A DNA stretch of 35,069 bases from Promethearchaeota archaeon (lineage in GTDB: Archaea; Asgardarchaeota; Lokiarchaeia; Sigyniarchaeales; SOKP01), in NCBI GenBank assembly GCA_048941015.1, contig JBHLNZ010000031.1, forward strand, positions 1-35,069. The letters are read 5' to 3'. The notes below the pieces were generated by a model that was not told the DNA's origin, did not search any database, and worked only from the letters and a program-made list of their open reading frames with translations. Numbering within the stretch: the first letter of the stretch is position 1; every line of letters starts with the position of its first letter. Position numbers and translations under genes: made by a program. This document shows positions 28,241 to 35,069 of the stretch, piece after piece.

Positions 28241-29116
28241 ATGACAGAAGCCGCTAAAATACTTCCTACATTAGAAAAAGAAGACTTAAGAATTCTGATG
28301 GCAATTGAAGTAGGAATGAAGCGTTCTGAATATGTTAAATTACACGATATCAAATTTTATGCTCGTTATCCGATGGAAGAGACTTTATTTAGATTAAAAA
28401 GAGTTCATAAAAATGACTTAATTATTAGAGAAACATCCTTCGAAGTGGGATATACATTAAATTCAATAGGCTATGATGTATTAGCCCTACACAGCTTAGT
28501 GGAAAGAAGCATAATAAGCCAACTGGGACCCCTTATAGGAAAAGGAAAGGAGTCTGATGTGTATAGTTGTATGGATGATAATCAAAATATCTATGCGTTA
28601 AAAATTTACAGAATTGGTAGAACAAGCTTTAAAAATATTAAACGACTTCGAAGTTTTGTTGGTGAAAGGACCCATTTATCTTGGCTGTACGTTAATAGAC
28701 TTGCTGCTAAAAAGGAATTTAATGCTTTAAAAAGGATATACAAATTAAAATTGAATACTCCCAAACCAATAGCTTTCAATCGGCATGCTATAGTTATGTC
28801 TTATTTAAGAGGTAAAGAATTGGCACATTTTGTAGATATAAAATACCCAGAGAAAATTTTTAATAAAATCATCAAACAAATGAAACAAATCTTTCAAAAA
28901 GCAAAAATGATCCATGGAGACTTAGGTGAATTCAATATAATTTTAGATGAAAAAGGAAACATTTTAATAATTGATTGGTTACAATGGGTACCGTCAAATC
29001 ATCCTAATGCAAGATCCTTATTAGAAAGAGATATCAATAATATTTGTAATTATTTCTATAAAAAATATAATATCGATAGTAAACCAAAAGAAATAATTAA
29101 AAATTTTTATAAATAG
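28241..29116 (+). CDS. rio2: RIO2-family atypical Ser/Thr kinase (ribosome biogenesis)
   Basis: N-terminal wHTH (DLRILMAIEVGMK, GYDVLAL), GKGKESDVY, RIGRTSF, HGDLGEFNI and IDWLQ. Confidence 0.93.
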   Translation: MTEAAKILPTLEKEDLRILMAIEVGMKRSEYVKLHDIKFYARYPMEETLFRLKRVHKNDLIIRETSFEVGYTLNSIGYDVLALHSLVERSIISQLGPLIGKGKESDVYSCMDDNQNIYALKIYRIGRTSFKNIKRLRSFVGERTHLSWLYVNRLAAKKEFNALKRIYKLKLNTPKPIAFNRHAIVMSYLRGKELAHFVDIKYPEKIFNKIIKQMKQIFQKAKMIHGDLGEFNIILDEKGNILIIDWLQWVPSNHPNARSLLERDINNICNYFYKKYNIDSKPKEIIKNFYK

Positions 29117-29121
29117 GATTT

Positions 29122-29733
29122 TTAAACTGATCCCTTTAAAACGGTTCCTTGAATTAAATAATCTTCCATATTTTCAATTGATTTAACTTCCAAATCTTTT
29201 ATATAACTCTTTACAATCTTTATAAACTTCTTTGGATTCAGGTTTTTTTTTAAAATACTAATTTTAAATTGAGTTCCATTCTTCGCTATCCTCATTAATT
29301 CATTCACCCCTACTTTTAGATTTCCTAAATTCTGTAATGATGTAAATGAAACAATAGAATTGAAAACATTAGACCTTAGAGGCATATATTCAAGATCAGA
29401 AAGTATTAAATTTAGGTTCACGTTGATCTGTAATTTTTCTAATTTTTTTTGAAATTCTTTTAACATCATCCAAGAGATGTCCGTACCTATATAAGAAAGC
29501 GTTTTATTTTGTTCTTTTTCGAATAAAATATATTCAAATAATAATCCTGTTCCACAGCCAGCGTCAATCATGGTTTTATATTCATAATTAAAATCTTTTA
29601 AAATTAAATCAAATTTCTGCATTTGAATTTTTTCATATCTTTTATCATAAAAAGAAGATGTAGAGTTATAATCTTCAATTATTTTCTTCTTTTTAGCAGA
29701 GCCTTTTTTAATAAGTGGCAAAAAAATTACCAA
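29122..29733 (-). CDS. Class I SAM-dependent methyltransferase
   Basis: Motifs YDKRY, IDAGCGTG, GTDISWMML and SDLEYMPLR. Confidence 0.85.
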   Translation of the reverse strand: MVIFLPLIKKGSAKKKKIIEDYNSTSSFYDKRYEKIQMQKFDLILKDFNYEYKTMIDAGCGTGLLFEYILFEKEQNKTLSYIGTDISWMMLKEFQKKLEKLQINVNLNLILSDLEYMPLRSNVFNSIVSFTSLQNLGNLKVGVNELMRIAKNGTQFKISILKKNLNPKKFIKIVKSYIKDLEVKSIENMEDYLIQGTVLKGSV

Positions 29734-29854
29734 TAAATTTAAGCTATTATTGGATATGATTATTATCGATAAAAAGGTTTTAATTCAAAAAAGTTTTTCT
29801 TTAAATTATCTTTTTTAAAAATATATTAATTATTTTTCTTGTAAAGGTTAAAAA

Positions 29855-30118
29855 ATGTTAAATAAAAACAATAATATTTCAAAATCAAAAAATCCATTAA
29901 CTATTCTTCAAAACGCCCAAAACTCAATGATCGTATTAAGACTAAAAGATGGAACTGAATATAAAGGTTTATTGAAGGAAATCGATGCTTATATGAATAT
30001 GATTCTAGAAAATGCTATTGAAATCATGGACGGAAGCCCTGTGGCGAAATACAACGAGATTTTCATTCGTGGGAATAATTTACTCTTTATAAAACCTGAT
30101 GCTTCTCAGATTATGTAA
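29855..30118 (+). CDS. Sm-like archaeal protein (SmAP/LSm)
   Basis: Sm1 motif P...L...LKDG.EY.G.L...DAYMNMIL and Sm2 motif IFIRGNNL. Confidence 0.93.
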   Translation: MLNKNNNISKSKNPLTILQNAQNSMIVLRLKDGTEYKGLLKEIDAYMNMILENAIEIMDGSPVAKYNEIFIRGNNLLFIKPDASQIM

Positions 30119-30124
30119 ATAATT

Positions 30125-30586
30125 TTGAAAGAATCTTTCAAATTGAAGATCAAAAATAAATCTTCCTCTAATTATTCAATAGTAGGTTACGGAACGTTTA
30201 TTACACGAGGGTATTGGAAAGATAAAAACAATGTAGAAATTTGTTTAGTTAGAGATTACATTAGAATATTTCCTCCAGGTAATTGGTTCCCATATGTACT
30301 TCCATATAAATCATCTTCATTTTATGCTCTCAAATTTGATGTGAATAAAAAAGAATTAGCAAATCTCGATTTCTATGAAGGAATTGCAGACAAATATTTC
30401 GAACGAAAAACTGTGAAAATATTAGTCAACAATAAATACATGATCAGTGCTTTCATATATGTTCCTTCTAAATCAACCATAAAATCTCAAAAATTAACCC
30501 CTGAAATCGATAAAAATGATCTCTGGAAAGAAGAAATTAAAAAATTTCCAGAAATTGTAAATATCTTTCCAGAATTAACCTTATAA
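30125..30586 (+). CDS. Gamma-glutamylcyclotransferase (AIG2-like) family protein
   Basis: Motifs VGYGT, LDFYEG, FER..V and AFIYV. Confidence 0.75.
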   Translation: MKESFKLKIKNKSSSNYSIVGYGTFITRGYWKDKNNVEICLVRDYIRIFPPGNWFPYVLPYKSSSFYALKFDVNKKELANLDFYEGIADKYFERKTVKILVNNKYMISAFIYVPSKSTIKSQKLTPEIDKNDLWKEEIKKFPEIVNIFPELTL

Positions 30587-31489
30587 TTCTTCTATATTCT
30601 TGGCATAGACCTTATCATTTTTAATAATTGCATAAGAAGCAGGATTAGGAGCAAAATATCCTCGATAATTTGCCGATGAGAAGATAGATAATAATTTATC
30701 ATCAAAAAACCATTTATATCCTTCAGGAAAACATTCGTGAGCTCTAATAAGAAATTTTAAATTATTATTTTCCATAAATCGATCAAAAGCAATCTTTCCA
30801 AAAAATTTAATTCCTGGGCCTCTATAACTATTTGAAAAGTTAAGATTTTCCACTTCTTTTGGATCATTCCATAATATCTGATAAATCCCTTTATAGATTG
30901 ATTTTATCTTATGTTCATCTAATACTGATGGACTTATTCCTTTTAATTTATTTAAAATTTCAATATCTTCCGGAATTCCTCCATGCAAGCATAAAATTGA
31001 ATTATTTATTAGGATACAAATTGGTAGAGTTTGATAAAGTAATAATATCTCTTTAAATTTATCATGATCTTTGAATCTTTCTATGAATTCATAATAAAAG
31101 CCGTAAGCTTGATTCATCTCAAAAGTTTCATGATTGCCTTTTAATAGGTAATATTTAGTAGGATGAAGAATTTTTAAAATTAGTACTAAAATTAAACATT
31201 CTATTTGCTTTATTCCGCGATCAACTATATCACCTAAAAAAATAATATATTTTGGATTATTCTTAGTAATTATTTCAATTATTTTCCTTAATGACCGTAA
31301 ATTTCCATGAATGTCGCCTATAACATATGCTTCTTTTTCAGAATTATCCAAATTAAGATTGATTAATAAGGTTTCATTTTGAAAGATAGTTCTTGCTGTA
31401 TTTACGATATTTGATATATCTGTGAGAGTCATATCCGAAATTTTTTCCGGATAATCAATATAATCGTCAAGCTTTGAATAATTAATCAT
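30581..31489 (-). CDS. PPP-family Ser/Thr protein phosphatase
   Basis: Motifs GDIHG, GDIVDRG, GNHE, HGG, LWNDP, RGPG..FG, IRAHE and FSSANY. Confidence 0.93.
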   Translation of the reverse strand: MINYSKLDDYIDYPEKISDMTLTDISNIVNTARTIFQNETLLINLNLDNSEKEAYVIGDIHGNLRSLRKIIEIITKNNPKYIIFLGDIVDRGIKQIECLILVLILKILHPTKYYLLKGNHETFEMNQAYGFYYEFIERFKDHDKFKEILLLYQTLPICILINNSILCLHGGIPEDIEILNKLKGISPSVLDEHKIKSIYKGIYQILWNDPKEVENLNFSNSYRGPGIKFFGKIAFDRFMENNNLKFLIRAHECFPEGYKWFFDDKLLSIFSSANYRGYFAPNPASYAIIKNDKVYAKNIEEL

Positions 31490-31628
31490 TATTTTATTTC
31501 ACTATGATTATTTTTTTTTTATATATTAATTTTATTTAATTAATACCAATAATTAATACGGAACTTTAAAAATTAAAGTAGAATATAATGAATTAAAATA
31601 ATTCATTGAAATTATTCACTCCTATTAT

Positions 31629-33662
31629 ATGAAGAAATTATCAAAGACTGATTTAAATTCTATTTTTCAAAAAATCATATATGATTTTGAAACTTCTCGA
31701 CTTAAAGAGAGAAACATGAAAAAATCTTATGGAATTGTATATACTCCTCAAAAATTAGTAGATTATATTGTTCAAAATGCATTTGAAACGTACTTTATTG
31801 AATTTTTTCAAAAATTTAAAATAGAGATAAATAATTCTAATCAAATTTTAACTATAATTAGGGATAAAAAACAAAGATTTCAAGATAAAATTGAAAATCT
31901 TAAGATTTTAGATCCAGCATGTGGTTCAGGAAGATTTTTGATAAGCATTGCTAATTATCTTTTTAAATTATATAAATTATTAGATTTAGATAAAACTGAT
32001 TTTGAGCTTAAAATTAATATAATTAAAAATAATTTATATGGAGTCGAAACTGAATCCAACGCGTATATTATCTCTAAAATTAGACTTCTAGATTGGTTAT
32101 ATTCAGATAATGATAAAGATTATAATGTATTCCAGAAATTTAATAGTAGATTTTATTATAACGATAAAGATTTGGTAATTAATGAACTTGGAATAAAATT
32201 TAACGTTTTTAATCTAGATTTTCTATTAGAATTCAATTTATCTTCTTTTAATATCATTTTGGGTAATCCCCCATATATTGAAAATAAAAAAATTAAGAAT
32301 TCAAAATATAAACATCATCTATCAGAAAGATTTAAAACCGCTTACCGATTATATGATTTTTCAATATTATTTATAGAGAAATCCTTAGAATTATTAAAGG
32401 AAAATGAAGGGATATTAACTTTTATTATACCAAATAAAATCTTAGCAGCAAATTATGGAATTAAAATAAGAGAGTTACTTTTAAACATAACTACGCTGAA
32501 AGAATTGATAAATATCTCAGCTTTACCAGTTTTTAAGAATACTGCAACGTATCCAATTATTATAACGGTAAAAAAAGAACGAAATTCTACTAAAGATCGC
32601 TTTTTAATTCGAGATTTGAAAAAAATCGAAGATATTGTCGACCAAGATAAATCTGAGCTAAAAAGTGTATCTCAAGATTTAGTGAAAACATTTCACAATT
32701 ACGTAATACCTACCATATCTAATTTAGAATTAGTTAACAAGTTATTCTCTGAATTTAAACCTCTCGCTGATTTAACTAATGATTTACAGATAATATATAG
32801 ACCCTTTGGATTTATTAATTGGTCTAAATATCTAAAAAATGTTAGTGAAATCAAATCCTCAGATAAAGATATGATTTTATTAGGGACTGGCAACGTTGGT
32901 AAATACTTTATAAATTTTAACAAGCATATAAAAATCGCTAAATATGATATAAAAGCTTCTTATTTCAAATATATTCCTTTCTTTGAGAAGAAGTGGAAAG
33001 TCTTAAATAGCGAAAAATTAATTTTTAGGGAAATCGCAAAAGAGCCTACTTGGGTATACGATCCAGGTATTTTTACTAATTTAACTGGTTTATATTTTTT
33101 AAAAATTCCCTCATTTGACGCAGACAGATTATTTTGTTTATTAGCTCTCATGAATTCAAAAATAATTGATAAAACTTTTAAGGCGTTATATGGATCGCTT
33201 CATATGGCTGGAGGATATTTGAGATTTAATGGAAGTTTTATTAAGTCATTACCCATTCCTGATAGATTACCACAGGTTATTTCTGAAATAAGTAAAATTT
33301 TGCAATTCTTATGCCAATTAAAAAACGATTTGTGTATAAATTTTGGCTCAGAGCATTCAGAAATAGATATAGATCGTATACAAAAATATTTAAAATTTTA
33401 TAATAAGTTATGTAATGCTTTAATAACTCAGCTATATTTGCGAGATCAGGGATTTAAAGAGCTTGATTCTTTATTAAATAATAAAAATTATATTTCCTCT
33501 ATTCAGGTCAAGTATTTTAAACCCTTATATGATTTGCCCAAATATATATGCTATAAAAAGCAAGAAATTTACGCAATCTTAGAAAAAATTAATAATATGT
33601 GGCATAATTCAAATTCAAATTCTACTCTCATAAGGGAAATAGAAGTAAGAATGAGAAACTAA
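31629..33662 (+). CDS. N6-adenine DNA methyltransferase (Eco57I/TaqI-like gamma class) with C-terminal target-recognition domain
   Basis: Motifs YTP, LDPACGSGRFL and GNPPY in gamma order, with a TaqI_C-like tail (KLIFRE, LALMNS, GGYLRF, LPIP). Confidence 0.88.
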   Translation: MKKLSKTDLNSIFQKIIYDFETSRLKERNMKKSYGIVYTPQKLVDYIVQNAFETYFIEFFQKFKIEINNSNQILTIIRDKKQRFQDKIENLKILDPACGSGRFLISIANYLFKLYKLLDLDKTDFELKINIIKNNLYGVETESNAYIISKIRLLDWLYSDNDKDYNVFQKFNSRFYYNDKDLVINELGIKFNVFNLDFLLEFNLSSFNIILGNPPYIENKKIKNSKYKHHLSERFKTAYRLYDFSILFIEKSLELLKENEGILTFIIPNKILAANYGIKIRELLLNITTLKELINISALPVFKNTATYPIIITVKKERNSTKDRFLIRDLKKIEDIVDQDKSELKSVSQDLVKTFHNYVIPTISNLELVNKLFSEFKPLADLTNDLQIIYRPFGFINWSKYLKNVSEIKSSDKDMILLGTGNVGKYFINFNKHIKIAKYDIKASYFKYIPFFEKKWKVLNSEKLIFREIAKEPTWVYDPGIFTNLTGLYFLKIPSFDADRLFCLLALMNSKIIDKTFKALYGSLHMAGGYLRFNGSFIKSLPIPDRLPQVISEISKILQFLCQLKNDLCINFGSEHSEIDIDRIQKYLKFYNKLCNALITQLYLRDQGFKELDSLLNNKNYISSIQVKYFKPLYDLPKYICYKKQEIYAILEKINNMWHNSNSNSTLIREIEVRMRN

Positions 33663-33670
33663 CCAAATAA

Positions 33671-34255
33671 TTATTTTAAAAGAGCATATAATAGATTAGT
33701 CGCTCTGTGAGTATTAAAAATTCCACAAATACAAGGTTTTGCTAAATTCTCTGCGGCTTTTTCTATTGAAATTTGATCCTTCTTTATTAAATTCAGATAA
33801 TGTTCAACAGATTGAGATGAAATGCAATGATGCCCACACATAGTTGTGATCTCAAGAATTTTTTCAGAAGGTAATAATTCCTTTCTTCCAAATGTTCCTA
33901 GTGAAAGATGTACGGTATGCATCTTTAGATTTAATTCACTTAATATTTTTTCAATTTCACTAATTAATCCACTAATGACAATTGAAATACCTAAGTTTTC
34001 TTGTTTTAAAGTTTTAAGCACTCTTTTTACAGCATTAATATCTGAATAGACCGCTTGAATGATTGAAGAGATCTTCCAAGCTTTTTCAGTCAACATGTTT
34101 TTTGGATTACTTTTTTTAAGAATCTCAGCAATTTTTAATAACTTATGACGAGCGTCTGAACTATTATCATTAAGACCAGTAGCAAGCATAGCTAAAATAA
34201 CAAAATCATTTTTTAAACTTTTAATTTTTCCCTTTCTATGTAAAGAGTGTGTCGT
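33671..34255 (-). CDS. Conserved Cys-containing hypothetical protein, partner of the upstream 4Fe-4S protein; probable ACG start
   Basis: Motifs TTMCGHH and PCICGIFN. The frame extends 22 codons upstream of the ATG at 34189 to ACG-ACA-CAC-TCT-TTA-CAT-AGA, which follows a GGTGA SD. Confidence 0.7.
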   Translation of the reverse strand, partial: TTHSLHRKGKIKSLKNDFVILAMLATGLNDNSSDARHKLLKIAEILKKSNPKNMLTEKAWKISSIIQAVYSDINAVKRVLKTLKQENLGISIVISGLISEIEKILSELNLKMHTVHLSLGTFGRKELLPSEKILEITTMCGHHCISSQSVEHYLNLIKKDQISIEKAAENLAKPCICGIFNTHRATNLLYALLK

Positions 34256-34272
34256 TTTTAATCACCTAATAC

Positions 34273-34983
34273 TTATATTCTACCTAGCCCTATATTCACT
34301 TTTGCATTAGGACTTATGCTAAATCCTCTTTTCTCTATAAGATTTTTAATTGGAAATATGTTTCCATCCGAAACGCGATAAATTATCCCAACACTAAATA
34401 CTGTATCAATAACTTTATCAACATCTTCAATTACTTTCAAAACTTCATCAACTTTGTCAATTTTTACTTTAAATTCTATTATTGCTGATAATACTCGTTC
34501 ATCTTTAACTTCTTCATTTATAGAAGTTCGCTTATCATTAAGTAAAGCAGTTACAGGGGACATCTCTTCATAATGGACATCTATTTTAGATAATTTTTTA
34601 ATAAAAAGATTTATATTATTAAGGGCAGTACCAACACCTGGACGTCCGATCTCAATGGAAAAACCAATTTCATTTGATTTGAATCGATTAGTGACATCAT
34701 TTGTTTTCATTTCTTCTGTACCTCTCCCTGGTACTCCGGTAATTTTATGTGTAGAGATGACATCACTAAATGGATTTCTTACTATTCGAGGCCACTTTAA
34801 AAATTTTGGTTTAATTGCATTAACAGGACAATCAGCGTATCTATAACATACAGAACATTCAACACATAAATCTTGATTAATGACGGCTTTATCATCAATG
34901 ATCTTAATAGCATTAACTGTGCATAAAATAACACAATTACCACATCCAATACATAAATCTTCTTTTATTATCATTTCACTCAA
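34273..34983 (-). CDS. 4Fe-4S dicluster domain protein of unknown function
   Basis: Motifs CIGCGNCVILC and CVECSVCYRYADCP, then GVPGRGTEEMKTNDVT, EIGRPGVG and KVNIGLGR. Confidence 0.85.
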   Translation of the reverse strand: MSEMIIKEDLCIGCGNCVILCTVNAIKIIDDKAVINQDLCVECSVCYRYADCPVNAIKPKFLKWPRIVRNPFSDVISTHKITGVPGRGTEEMKTNDVTNRFKSNEIGFSIEIGRPGVGTALNNINLFIKKLSKIDVHYEEMSPVTALLNDKRTSINEEVKDERVLSAIIEFKVKIDKVDEVLKVIEDVDKVIDTVFSVGIIYRVSDGNIFPIKNLIEKRGFSISPNAKVNIGLGRI

Positions 34984-35069
34984 AAAAGAATGTAAACAAA
35001 CTCTATATTTACTTTAAAGAAAATGATAAAATCTAAATTTTATTATGCTAAATTAATTATTATCGAAAT

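Noticed and set aside
31629-34983. Restriction-modification or defence island
   Set aside because: No nuclease, specificity subunit, integrase or other defence gene is adjacent, and the neighbours are Fe-S and phosphatase genes.

Overview
This AT-rich, gene-dense archaeal chromosomal segment is most consistent with an Asgard archaeon (Lokiarchaeia-like). That assignment is an inference from gene content: a Rab-like small GTPase, a gelsolin-like domain, aEF-1beta with its Zn-ribbon partner, an Sm-like protein, RIO2, a eukaryote-like PPP phosphatase, a multi-PAS kinase and GGTGA/GGAGGTG Shine-Dalgarno sites. Housekeeping and metabolic genes include GMP synthase subunit B, msrA, an acyl-CoA ligase, iorAB, an alanine dehydrogenase/OCD-family enzyme, mutL and mutS (split by nagB), a lysophospholipase, porC and porDAB (split by a minus-strand PAS histidine kinase that the ORF track labels +), an orphan N6-adenine DNA methyltransferase and a pair of Fe-S genes of unknown function. 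I found no rRNA, tRNA, CRISPR array or mobile element. The observations most worth following up are: (1) a gelsolin-like domain fused to four transmembrane helices, a candidate membrane-anchored actin regulator; (2) a Rab-like GTPase with a destroyed DxxG motif and an amphipathic/polybasic N-terminus; (3) a 400-bp array of GATC/TGATCA palindromes upstream of an unknown gene; (4) a probable ACG start codon; (5) two small Cys-rich ORFs and a methyltransferase remnant that the ORF track misses.
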